From contig OY970325.1 in NCBI GenBank assembly GCA_963717145.1, positions 4,864,001-4,928,000 on the forward strand: 64,000 bases of DNA, in the 5' to 3' direction. The DNA is from an uncultured Armatimonadetes bacterium. GTDB taxonomy: Bacteria; Armatimonadota; UBA5829; DTJY01. The notes beneath the pieces are model-generated. The model had not been told where the DNA came from. It made no database searches and saw only the letters and a list, made by a program, of their open reading frames with translations. Each line of letters opens with the position of its first letter. Position 1 is the first letter of the stretch. This document shows positions 54,766 through 64,000 of the stretch, in pieces. The position numbers and the translations under genes are program-made.

Positions 54766-56457
54766 ATGTACATACTAGGTCTTGGTGGTTCTGACCACGA
54801 CGTGTCTGCGGCCCTCCTAGAAAACGATCGAATCGTATGCGCAATCGAGGAGGAACGCGTCAGCAGAATGAAGTACGGGTTGGGCGGAAATCTATTGCTC
54901 GGTCAGGCCCGCAGACATGTTCTGAGCGAGGCTAGACTCCGGTTAGACCAAGTTGATATGGTAGTAGTGGACGACATATTACCCAAGACTGCAACCTTCA
55001 CGGTGCGTGGCCATAATGTACACCTTGTCAATCATCATCTGCTACACGCCGCGAGTGCGTTCTACCCATCACCTTTCGAAGCCGCTGCCATTCTGATCGT
55101 CGACGGTGCAGGATCGCTGATCGAGTATCGGGGCAAGAGGGGTATTGAGTGCCTTACGTATGCCTATGGCACCGGCAATACCATCCACACCCTTGACAAG
55201 ATCATCGGAGAGAAATACCATATCGCACCGCTCGGATACTCTACGCCCTATCAAAAAGGCGATCCGGATAATTCGCTCGGGTACTTCTACAGGCTCATCT
55301 CCCACTATTGTGGTTTCAACTATGTCAACACCGAGCACTTCTTCTTCACGGAGGACGGGAAGACGATGGGGCTGGCTCCCTATGGCTCTGATGCGTACTG
55401 GCCACTCATTCGCCCATTTGTCGACCTGTTAGATGAGGGTCAAATCCGCATTGATCTGCGTTCTGGCGAGTTTGAGCAAGTCCTAGAGAGTATTGTCCGG
55501 GAATCGCTGGGTGCAGAAGATGATTTGACGCGACGTGCTGATCTGGCGTGGGCAGGGCAGAAGGTCCTCGAGGAAGCACTGGTTCATGCAGCGCGCTACC
55601 TTTATACGAAAACGCAGTGTCCGTACCTGTGTATCGCCGGCGGCGTAGGGCTAAACAGTGTTGCCAACGGCAAGATTCTTGTGGACACGCCCTTCGAAGA
55701 GATCTTTGTGCAACCTGCCAGTGGTGATGGCGGCACCTCTCTTGGTGCGGCACTATGGGGTTACTATGGTATCCAGGGGCATGAACGCAAGTCCACTGAT
55801 CGGCTCATAATGCGCAATGCTTATCTTGGGCGAGAGTATCGGGAAGACGAGATAATGGAAGCCTTGCGCCAGTTCCCATCCATACAATGGGAACTACTCG
55901 AGGATCTGCCCGCCACCACAGCACGTTTGATCGTCGATGGCAAGATAGTCGGGATGTTCCAAGGAGGTTCTGAGTTCGGTCCGAGAGCCCTTGGACATAG
56001 GAGCATTCTCGCAAATCCGATGCTGCCCGGAATGAAGGATCATCTGAACAACCGCGTCAAGTTCCGCGAGCCCTTCCGCCCATTTGCCCCCGCAGTCTTG
56101 TTCGAGCACCAGGCAGATTACTTCGAGATTAGGCAATATACGCCATTCATGCTGATTGTTGCTGAGGTCAAGCCCGAGAAGCGGTTCGCCATTCCCGCCG
56201 TCACACACGTTGACGGTACGGCTCGCGTCCAGAGCGTATCCAAAGAAGATCATGGCGTCTTCTACGACGTGATACATGCGTTCTACGAGATCACAGGTGT
56301 ACCCATCGTTCTCAACACTTCCTTCAACGTAAAAGGAGAACCGATAGTCGAGAGCCCGGTGGACGCGCTGAAATGCTTTCTCGGAACCGGTATCGATAAC
56401 CTGGTGCTGGGACCCTACCTTGTAAACAAGTCGCCTGGCAGCGATGAGGCGATCTAA
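54766..56457 (+). CDS. Carbamoyltransferase (CmcH/NodU/TobZ family)
   Basis: HDVSAALL, EEERVSR.K, HHLLHAASAF, GKTMGLAPYG, AGGVGLN, EFGPRALG.RSIL, KFREPFRPFAP, HVDGTARVQ, LNTSFN. Confidence 0.95.
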   Translation: MYILGLGGSDHDVSAALLENDRIVCAIEEERVSRMKYGLGGNLLLGQARRHVLSEARLRLDQVDMVVVDDILPKTATFTVRGHNVHLVNHHLLHAASAFYPSPFEAAAILIVDGAGSLIEYRGKRGIECLTYAYGTGNTIHTLDKIIGEKYHIAPLGYSTPYQKGDPDNSLGYFYRLISHYCGFNYVNTEHFFFTEDGKTMGLAPYGSDAYWPLIRPFVDLLDEGQIRIDLRSGEFEQVLESIVRESLGAEDDLTRRADLAWAGQKVLEEALVHAARYLYTKTQCPYLCIAGGVGLNSVANGKILVDTPFEEIFVQPASGDGGTSLGAALWGYYGIQGHERKSTDRLIMRNAYLGREYREDEIMEALRQFPSIQWELLEDLPATTARLIVDGKIVGMFQGGSEFGPRALGHRSILANPMLPGMKDHLNNRVKFREPFRPFAPAVLFEHQADYFEIRQYTPFMLIVAEVKPEKRFAIPAVTHVDGTARVQSVSKEDHGVFYDVIHAFYEITGVPIVLNTSFNVKGEPIVESPVDALKCFLGTGIDNLVLGPYLVNKSPGSDEAI

Positions 56458-56460
56458 TGG

Positions 56461-56925
56461 ATGATAGCGACCTGGATTGGCGGCCGACCGAGTACGGAGT
56501 ATCTATATCCCAACCTGCTCTGCAATCTGGCGTGTGCCATGAGCTATGCCGGCGGACACCATGACAGTCACTTGAAGGTTGTATTCGATCCTATACGCGG
56601 GTGTCAGACTCTCCGGGATGGCCTCATCATCTCGACAACCGGCATGGTCAGGGGCTGTACTGCCACGGTTTTCGGCAGATGATTGCTACGTCGGAAATGC
56701 CAGAAGGGAGCCATGGGGGTCCTATGTAAACGTCTCATCTATATATGAGGGTGGCTAAAGGATCGGGAAACGTCCCTCAAAACCAAGGAGACTTGCTCTT
56801 CCTGTGCCTATTGGAACTCGTGCCCAGGTGGGTGCCCCGCCGTTGCATACCAATATCATGGATTCCTCGATAGTGCCGATCCAACTTGTAGACAGGGTGA
56901 TATCTGTATGTCAGCTCCACCCTAG
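56461..56925 (+). pseudogene. Frameshifted SPASM-domain relic of a radical SAM enzyme
   Basis: Read across frames: GCQ..IISTTGMVRGC..YVGNA..CSSCAYWNSCPGGCPAVAY..G..DSADPTC; no CxxxCxxC core seen. Confidence 0.7.
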
Positions 56926-57099
56926 TACCTAGTTGCGGAAGTTCCTGACATCAAATGTGGCTGAGTTCACGCTCAATAGTGGCATTTTCATCAGCAATGG
57001 ATTTGCGCAACTTACTACTAGGCAGACCATCTTCAAGAAACTATGACGTCGCCCTGACCATACCCACCGTGGGGTAGAATCAGGGATAGCAGGTGGAAC

Positions 57100-60000
57100 G
57101 TGACCAAGCATCCTTTGTCTAACCAACAACGCCGCATCTATAGCCTGGCGAAACTCCAACCAACTAGTTCTATGTGGAACGCCGGCTTCTTTGAGAGGTA
57201 TGAAGGCACATTCGACGTTGAATGCTTGCGGCAGTCAGTAGGGCATCTTGTACGCAAACACACGATACTACGCGTTAGAGTTGATGAGAGTGATGGCAAA
57301 GTGCCCTGTTGTGTGGATGGCGGTTATTCAGTATCCCAGTTATTCACGCATATCCCACTGCATGCAAGTGCGACAGGTGTGAGCGATGAACAGATTCGGC
57401 GCATGTGCATTGCCGAGATCTGCCAACCATTTGACCTGGAACAGGGGCCACTGTTTCGATGCAAGTTGTTGACGACCGAGCCCCATGAAGCATACTTCAT
57501 CGCGGTGATTCATCATGTGATCAGCGACTTCCTCTCGGCCCGTACTATCAAGCGAGAGTTGATTTCGGTATACAACCACTTGTATACCGGTGGGCAGATC
57601 CGTGATTCACATGTCGCCCAATATTCAGATTACATTGTGCATCAGCAAGCTGATCGTCGGGCACAAGAGCTTGACCGTCATTACTGGGCATCGCAGTACC
57701 AGAAACCAGTGCCGCCATTGAACCTGCCTACGGATTATCCTCGACCGCCAATCCCGTCGTATATGGGCGACTATGAGGAGTTTACACTGGATAAGCGTTT
57801 GCATGAGCGGCTGAATGCATTTGCCATCAGGCATCGGCTGCCGTTGTCAACTGTGTTGTTGGCAAACTTCTACCTGTTGTTGTCCCGGCATAGCGGAGAG
57901 CAGGATATTGCCGTCGGGATCCACTACTCGAAACGGCACTGCTACGGATTCGACTTTGATCACACAGTCGGGAATTTCGTCCACACTCTCCCCGTGCGAA
58001 TCTCGTATGATCGGGCTGGACGCAGTGTACTGGATTGCGTGCAGAGAATAGGCACGTGCCTGGACGAAGCCTACTCGCATCATAACAGTCCCTTTGATCA
58101 TATGGTTAGTGCGATCGGGTCGGCAGAGGATGCTTTGCAGGTCTCGCCATACCAGGCTGAATTCAACTTTATTAGCACTAGTGGAGCAGAAGATCAGGAG
58201 TCCTTCCTAGGCCTCCAGCTTCACTTCATGGATGACCAAGTGAACACATCAGCACAGGCGGATATCGGATTGCATGTCGTCAATTTCAAGAATGGGCTCG
58301 TGTCGAGTGAAATGAAGCTAATAGTATTGTATGCAACTGATCTGTTTACCCAGAAACACATCGCTAGGATGGTCAGACAGTTTATCCATATTCTGTCGCA
58401 GGTGGTTCAGTCACCGGATGCCAGCCTAGCGTCCATCAGCCTGATTGACGACGCGGAATTTGACCAGGTTATCAGACGATTTAACGACACTGGCTACTCG
58501 TATCCCACGGGCCGGCTCATTTCGGAGTTGATCGAAGAAGCTGCCAGGCAGTATCCAGGCAACACTGCACTTGTGTGTGAAGACGATAGGTTGACGTATC
58601 AGCAACTCGTATCGAAGGTGAACTGTCGGGCGGCATATCTTCACGACCGGGGGTTCGGTCCCGGGATGGTAGCTGGCATACTGCTGGGGGCTTCTATAGA
58701 GGCGCTAATATGGTTGCTAGCTGTACTCCATGCCGGGGGAGTGTACCTACCCTTAGATCCGATGCATCCGAAAGAGCGCTTATCTTTCATGCTGAAAGAC
58801 TCCGGCGCATCATTGCTTCTGACAAGAAGCCTCTTTCTCTCAGAGGCTGCCCTATATGCCGGGGAAGTGGTCTGCATAGACACCGTGAGAGACAACCCAA
58901 GGCATCTCGACCCAGTCAAGCTGCTATCAGCATCCACCGATGCGGCATGTCTCATTTATGTCTCAGGATCCGCCGGAACTCCCAACGCGACTCTGATCTC
59001 GCATCGTGCGATACTGAACCTTGTCTTTGGCATCAGGGATATTATACCATTCTCCCAGGGGAAGTGCATGCTGTGCAGTGCGCCACATGTGTCTCATAGG
59101 TTCATATTGGAATCGTTGATCCCGCTGTCGCAGGGGATGAAGGTTGTCATAGCAACGGTTGAGCAGCAACAAGGATCCGAACGCCTTGCCGAAGTCATCG
59201 CTCGCAATAACGTCGAGATGATACAGGCCGTTCCGTCGCAGATGCAACTGATTGTTGAGACGGAGGCCTATTGCCTGGCGAATCTATCTGAGATACTGGT
59301 CGGTGGAGAGGTGCTCTCGGCTGAGTTGTTCGAAGCTCTGTCCGGTGCTACGTCTGCAACAATATATCACACGTATGGACTCACGGAGGCCACCGGCTGC
59401 TGCACGGTGAAATGCGTCAGGAATAAGGAAGACCTCACCATCGGTCGCCCCATCGCAAACACTGCGGTGTATGTTCTGGATGCCCAACTAAGGCCAATGC
59501 CGGTAGGGACGCCTGGCGAGTTGTTCATCGGCGGACACGGGCTGGCTATCGGCTATCTGAACCGGAGTGCACTGACTGCAGCCAGCTTTCTCCCCAATCC
59601 CTTTTCACCAGGTGGGTATATCTACCGCACTGGCGATCTTGCGCGCTGGAAGGACAACGGTGAGATTGAATACATTGGTCGCATCGATAACCAGGTAAAG
59701 GTCCGAGGCTTCAGAGTCGAACTTGGTGAGATAGAGTCAGTGCTGTCAGAGCATGCCGATGTGAGAGAGGCAGTGGTGATAGCCAGGGAAGACAGTCCTG
59801 GAGACAAGAGACTAGTGGCCTATGTAGTTATGGCAAAAGCAAGTCAGACCTCAACACTGTCACTCCGATCTTTTCTTAGGGGAAGATTGCCCCATTACAT
59901 GATTCCTTCGTCGTTTGTTGTGTCCGACGAACTGCCCTGCACTCCGGGTGGAGACGTTGATAGAAAGAGACTCCTATTACTAGGTGGTGACATGATGCTC

Positions 60001-60249
60001 GCCGGACTAGGCTATATTCCTCCGACCAGTCTGGTTGAGAAAGCCATTGCAGCAGTGTTCCAGGATGTCCTTGGCGTTGAGAGGGTTGGGCTGAGGGATA
60101 CGTTTTTCGATCTTGGAGGGCACTCACTGTCTGCTCTCACTGTGATCTCGAGAATCCACGACGCCTTAGGGGTACAGATTCCTCCGATTAGACTCTTTAC
60201 CCGGAATCTTGGACAGATTGCTGAGGAATGTGCACAGATCGGCAAGTAG
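57100..60249 (+). CDS. Single-module NRPS (C-A-T) with degenerate adenylation motifs
   Basis: HHVISD; YRTGDLAR, GRIDNQVKVRGFRVELGEIE; FFDLGGHSL; A3, A4 and A10 altered. Confidence 0.92.
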   Translation: MTKHPLSNQQRRIYSLAKLQPTSSMWNAGFFERYEGTFDVECLRQSVGHLVRKHTILRVRVDESDGKVPCCVDGGYSVSQLFTHIPLHASATGVSDEQIRRMCIAEICQPFDLEQGPLFRCKLLTTEPHEAYFIAVIHHVISDFLSARTIKRELISVYNHLYTGGQIRDSHVAQYSDYIVHQQADRRAQELDRHYWASQYQKPVPPLNLPTDYPRPPIPSYMGDYEEFTLDKRLHERLNAFAIRHRLPLSTVLLANFYLLLSRHSGEQDIAVGIHYSKRHCYGFDFDHTVGNFVHTLPVRISYDRAGRSVLDCVQRIGTCLDEAYSHHNSPFDHMVSAIGSAEDALQVSPYQAEFNFISTSGAEDQESFLGLQLHFMDDQVNTSAQADIGLHVVNFKNGLVSSEMKLIVLYATDLFTQKHIARMVRQFIHILSQVVQSPDASLASISLIDDAEFDQVIRRFNDTGYSYPTGRLISELIEEAARQYPGNTALVCEDDRLTYQQLVSKVNCRAAYLHDRGFGPGMVAGILLGASIEALIWLLAVLHAGGVYLPLDPMHPKERLSFMLKDSGASLLLTRSLFLSEAALYAGEVVCIDTVRDNPRHLDPVKLLSASTDAACLIYVSGSAGTPNATLISHRAILNLVFGIRDIIPFSQGKCMLCSAPHVSHRFILESLIPLSQGMKVVIATVEQQQGSERLAEVIARNNVEMIQAVPSQMQLIVETEAYCLANLSEILVGGEVLSAELFEALSGATSATIYHTYGLTEATGCCTVKCVRNKEDLTIGRPIANTAVYVLDAQLRPMPVGTPGELFIGGHGLAIGYLNRSALTAASFLPNPFSPGGYIYRTGDLARWKDNGEIEYIGRIDNQVKVRGFRVELGEIESVLSEHADVREAVVIAREDSPGDKRLVAYVVMAKASQTSTLSLRSFLRGRLPHYMIPSSFVVSDELPCTPGGDVDRKRLLLLGGDMMLAGLGYIPPTSLVEKAIAAVFQDVLGVERVGLRDTFFDLGGHSLSALTVISRIHDALGVQIPPIRLFTRNLGQIAEECAQIGK

Positions 60250-60472
60250 ACAGGTATGGCAAGCCTGCATTGTGCTCTCGCCGGTCCCTCCGGCACAAAG
60301 GCTAGGTTGCCCTCAGATATCGACTCCGTAGGCAGAAGGTCAGTTTCCTGGTCATCCACCGGCGGTTCCAATCGCTCCAGCTCGGCCTCAACTGAGATAG
60401 CGGGTTCGATGAGCCGGCCGAGATAGGTGCCAGTGTCGATCTCGCCCCAATGCCATCTGATACCAGTGCTTA

Positions 60473-62392
60473 CTATATGGTACCAGCGGGCACTTTTCCG
60501 GGTGGCACCACGGATGGCATGGGACGGAGTGGGAGTTCCAGCAGTGCGCAGCCGGTGCTGTAGATCAGGGGAAGATACTCATTCCGATGGGTCAGCTGCA
60601 CGTCATCTGTTATGCGAACTTCCCAGCGTGGGGCTTCGTCGCTTCGCCTGATATCGGTCGGCGATTGAACCGCGGAGGGGCACCCAACTGGTGTGGCTGG
60701 GCTTTCCGGTTGCGAGGGCTCGCCATTGACGATGGTCACGCCCTCGGCGATCTCCTCAATAGTGTCGGCCGCGATCGTGAATGCATGCTTGTTAGAGGCT
60801 TCCCCTTCACAGACCCACCCAGTGCGTGCCAGGAAATCAGCGGCTGGCAGGTTGCGCTCAGTGGGTTGGAATTCCACCGTAATGACCGCGATCCCGTGAT
60901 CTTCACAGTAGCTCTTGAGAAAGGTGAGCATGGCATCCTCGATGGCGCGTCCCAATACGCGGCAACTCAACAGGAATGTGTTCAGATACATGATCCTGCC
61001 ACGTGTCTCCGCAATGATGGCACCTACCAGGCCATAGGCGCCAAAGCGATCGATCACGCTGATGCTCCAACCGACCCACCCCGGCGCGATGAGCTGATGC
61101 CGGATCTCTTCTTCTGTCCGCTTGTGGGGGCGCAGATTGAACTGATTGGTCCGCTGAGTCAGCTGTGCTATCCGCCGCAATTGTTCCTCCTGGATCGGTT
61201 GAATATAGACCTGGAGGTTGAGGTTGGCAAGGAAGTCCGCCAGAGTACCGGTTGTCGCCTTCAAGCGCTGCCTTTCCTGCTCGCGGGTGTACATCACCGT
61301 CCGTTGCCGATCCTCTTCTGTCACTGTCAGGGCATCGAATGCCCATACATGAGCGAGGAAGAGCGGGATCTGCGCGTGATCCTCGGGAAGTTGCAGGGTC
61401 AGAACCTCCGGGCAGTGCTTCATCACCTCGGCGCACTCAAGTGGACTATCGTCGAGGAACACGAAGCTAGCGAGCCCGAGCTGTAGTGCTTCAGCCAGTG
61501 CTTGGAGATTTGCGGATTTGGCGTCCCAGTTGATGCGCCAGCCAACCAAGTGCTTGCGGGAGAGCACCATATCTGTGTGGTCATTGAATACCCTCCAGAC
61601 ATCGTCTTCCATGTTCTTGCTGCACAGTGCGAGTAGGAAACCTCGATCATGCTGCGAGAGCAGGAATTGCTGAAGATATCGGTACGGTGTGTCGATAGTG
61701 ACACCATTAACACCATCTTCGCTACAGACGCCGTTCCAGAGCGTATTGTCGCAATCCACCACGATTACCTTGAATGGGTGTTGGCGGTGGATGCCGCGCA
61801 CTATGCGGGTGATAGCTGTGCCCAACGCGGCGTAGTACATCTCGGTGAACGGCATGTGTCCCGCCACATCCGCAGTGCGGTCAAACACCGCCGGGATCTG
61901 ATATAACTGGGTCAACGCCATGCCGTCGACCACGAAGACATGATCCATTTGCGCGAGGTCGTGCCGCCAGTGGGCGTTGAGCAACTCTAGGCACTCCGCG
62001 ACCGATGGCTCCAAGTATGGCGAGACTGGAAAGAGGCCGACGCAGTACGGCACACGCTTGGGCGTGTGCTGAAACAGTGTGACGAACTCGGTATAGAGTT
62101 CCTCGAGCAGACGACACTGCTGGGCGGGTGGCGCGTTGTTGAACCTGAGCCAATCCTCGAAACGGACCAGCAACACGTTTACCCCCGTATTGGTTGCAAG
62201 CAGGCTCGTCGCGTCCATGAGCTGCTGGTGTACCTGGTGGTAGGGGGCAAAACGCACCTCGATCTCCTCGCCGAAGCGCGCACCCCACGAGGTGATGTAC
62301 TCACCAATGGGTTCAGCGGTGAACGTGGCGCTCACCACCACGCAGAGCGGCACCGGCGTTCTGAAATCCAGGCAATTCGTTGTAGGGTTCAT
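60473..62392 (-). CDS. FkbH-like HAD-IIIC glyceryl transferase/phosphatase
   Basis: SATFTAEP, VVDCDNTLW.GV, LCSKN, INW..KS.NL, FLDDSP.EC, QLTQRTNQFN, DRFG.YGLVG, LLSCRVLGR. Confidence 0.92.
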   Translation of the reverse strand: MNPTTNCLDFRTPVPLCVVVSATFTAEPIGEYITSWGARFGEEIEVRFAPYHQVHQQLMDATSLLATNTGVNVLLVRFEDWLRFNNAPPAQQCRLLEELYTEFVTLFQHTPKRVPYCVGLFPVSPYLEPSVAECLELLNAHWRHDLAQMDHVFVVDGMALTQLYQIPAVFDRTADVAGHMPFTEMYYAALGTAITRIVRGIHRQHPFKVIVVDCDNTLWNGVCSEDGVNGVTIDTPYRYLQQFLLSQHDRGFLLALCSKNMEDDVWRVFNDHTDMVLSRKHLVGWRINWDAKSANLQALAEALQLGLASFVFLDDSPLECAEVMKHCPEVLTLQLPEDHAQIPLFLAHVWAFDALTVTEEDRQRTVMYTREQERQRLKATTGTLADFLANLNLQVYIQPIQEEQLRRIAQLTQRTNQFNLRPHKRTEEEIRHQLIAPGWVGWSISVIDRFGAYGLVGAIIAETRGRIMYLNTFLLSCRVLGRAIEDAMLTFLKSYCEDHGIAVITVEFQPTERNLPAADFLARTGWVCEGEASNKHAFTIAADTIEEIAEGVTIVNGEPSQPESPATPVGCPSAVQSPTDIRRSDEAPRWEVRITDDVQLTHRNEYLPLIYSTGCALLELPLRPMPSVVPPGKVPAGTI

Positions 62393-62727
62393 TCACCTCA
62401 CCGCCGGACAGCTTGCACATCCTGCGGTGCGGGTGGTGCTACTGTCCTATCTGCACAGATGATCTCACACGTATCGGGCCGTGAAACTCCGCTGGGGAGT
62501 TTGAGCAACCTGGATCTCCCCGAGCCTCTTGGCACGAGGATTACGGTGCCCTCTTCCTATATCCCTTGATCAGACCGAGCCCTCTCCACGATGCTATCGA
62601 TTGGATAAGTGCTTGTGCGCCCGCGCCATTCTCCTGTAGTGCTTGAAGACGGAGACGATATAACCGAGTGGCCGCGAGTCGTAGATACTTGTCGAGGCCT
62701 ATGCTGTCGGTTCATGAATGATCCTTT

Positions 62728-63981
62728 CTAGTGCGGCGTGGCGGTACGTTTGCGCAGTTCAAATGATTGCCCGTGACATGCAGGACAACTGGCTGCTTTC
62801 AGTGCCTCGATTGTCTTGATCTCCTGCGTGGTCCCGACTTCAATAAGTAGCTGGCAGCTCATGCAGCGGTAGGAGCGTACCGTGCACCTTAGTTCCCCGG
62901 TATAGATGGCACCCTCGAATGCTTCCTTCACCATCGGTGAAGTCTTGCTGGTGGTGTGCAGAATCATCATCTGCCCGGTGCCAGCAATAATCCCTGCGCC
63001 CTCGTACTGGCTGAAACGTGGAATCACCTCGGTGATGATCAGGCCCATATCGAGCAAGGACCGCTGCATGTTCAGCGTGAATCCCGGTGGCTTGTGGGCA
63101 AAGGAGAAGAAGACTGCAAGGTCTGGTTGCTGTTTCAAGGCTTCAATGCCACGCGAGAGGAACAGCTCCATGCCGGGAAGGGTGTAGGGAGGATCCGTAA
63201 GGAAACAGTCGTATTGGTCCTGTAGCACATCTGGCAACGGTTGCCGCACATCAACGGTCTGGCAATCGATCGGCAACCCCAGCATTTGTGCGGCATGCGA
63301 GATGTATGCGGTGAACCGTGAATCGATATCCAGCACCGTAATGACGCCGGTTCTGCCGGTGCGTTCTGGGATGACCTTCTTAAGCAATACTCCGAGTGAT
63401 ATGCTCACCAGATCATCATCGCCAATGCATAGGATGCGTTTGCCAACCAGCGATCCATGTTGGAGGCAGAGGACGGCCCGCCGAAGGCTGGTCTCTATAG
63501 TGCATTTCGACTGATCGATGGACACGTCCACCTGGGGACGCTCGGCGAAGATCTGCGCTAACACGGGCTGCTCGCTGGCAAAGTCATGCGCCATGTCCCA
63601 GGTGCCGTTCTTGAAGCGGGTATACTGCGGGATATCGAGGCCGGCGTACCCTAGGGTACGCTCGACGTAAACTCTGCCTTGATGCGTCAGGATGGTGCCG
63701 TTGCCCTGAGCAGCAACCAATCCCCGTTTCTTGAGTTCGTTCTTGATCGCGGCGATCACCGGCACGGGCAGCAGCACCTTGAGTGCAAGCTCTTTGGTTG
63801 AGAGACCGGTGTTGAGCATCAGAGAGAGCATGATATTCTCCAGTACAACAGTGCCCTCCTGCAGCTTCACTGCATGGGCGACATCCTGCAACATATCTTC
63901 CACTGGTGTCTCCTCTAGGTTGAACTCGAAGTGTTGGCTGATATGGAACCTGTCGCTGCGTGGAACGTGACAGGAGTACAT
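62728..63981 (-). CDS. BpsA-like (bis-aminopropyl spermidine synthase family) protein with N-terminal wHTH and C-terminal zinc ribbon
   Basis: RP..D..IDQ..CT.ET..RR, IGDDDLVS, LDIDSR, TDPPYT..G..LFLSRG; CMSC..CPAC; start uncertain. Confidence 0.8.
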   Translation of the reverse strand: MYSCHVPRSDRFHISQHFEFNLEETPVEDMLQDVAHAVKLQEGTVVLENIMLSLMLNTGLSTKELALKVLLPVPVIAAIKNELKKRGLVAAQGNGTILTHQGRVYVERTLGYAGLDIPQYTRFKNGTWDMAHDFASEQPVLAQIFAERPQVDVSIDQSKCTIETSLRRAVLCLQHGSLVGKRILCIGDDDLVSISLGVLLKKVIPERTGRTGVITVLDIDSRFTAYISHAAQMLGLPIDCQTVDVRQPLPDVLQDQYDCFLTDPPYTLPGMELFLSRGIEALKQQPDLAVFFSFAHKPPGFTLNMQRSLLDMGLIITEVIPRFSQYEGAGIIAGTGQMMILHTTSKTSPMVKEAFEGAIYTGELRCTVRSYRCMSCQLLIEVGTTQEIKTIEALKAASCPACHGQSFELRKRTATPH

Positions 63982-64000
63982 ACCGATGCGTCAGTTTTGA

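Larger units (their letters stand above)
37465..64000. mobile_element. Genomic island integrated at the 3' end of tRNA-Asn; right boundary not seen in the window
   Basis: Recombinase reads into the tRNA; visible shift to lower GC; IS-rich; the host intergenic palindrome families disappear. Confidence 0.78.

Noticed and set aside
62560-62720. Small minus-strand ORF (MNRQHRPRQ..) as a RiPP precursor for the SPASM enzyme
   Set aside because: It has no recognisable leader or core pattern, and the radical SAM gene is only a relic.

Overview
This is a GC-rich bacterial window. The protein repertoire and the C-terminal domain of the 3596-4834 protein suggest Armatimonadota, but that is an inference. 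Positions 1-35.9 kb are host chromosome: dxs (3' part), a VapBC-type toxin-antitoxin pair, secreted proteins, cysS, an amino-sugar modification/uptake cluster with a fused binding-protein/permease, a REP-associated tyrosine transposase (RAYT) with its own REP/REPIN arrays, an ECF sigma/anti-sigma/MacB-type ABC operon, a GH38-like enzyme and a GT2. Many intergenic gaps here hold a palindromic element, and these belong to many different families. An IS with a 5-bp target-site duplication (TSD) sits just upstream of tRNA-Asn(GTT) at 37392-37464. From the tRNA 3' end to the window edge runs a more AT-rich genomic island. It contains a three-part serine-recombinase module, in which one recombinase carries three tandem LuxR-type HTH domains. 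It also has an XRE regulator, a restriction-endonuclease/NACHT-like gene broken by ISKra4 and IS1182, further IS copies and relics (IS66, ISKra4, IS1380) and a GNAT. The island ends, within this window, in an unusual biosynthetic cluster: 2 ACPs, a BtrH-like protein, a carbamoyltransferase, a SPASM relic, a C-A-T NRPS with a degenerate A domain, an FkbH-like protein and a BpsA-like aminopropyltransferase. The cluster may continue beyond the window. Three single-base frameshifts in G/C runs look like sequencing errors.
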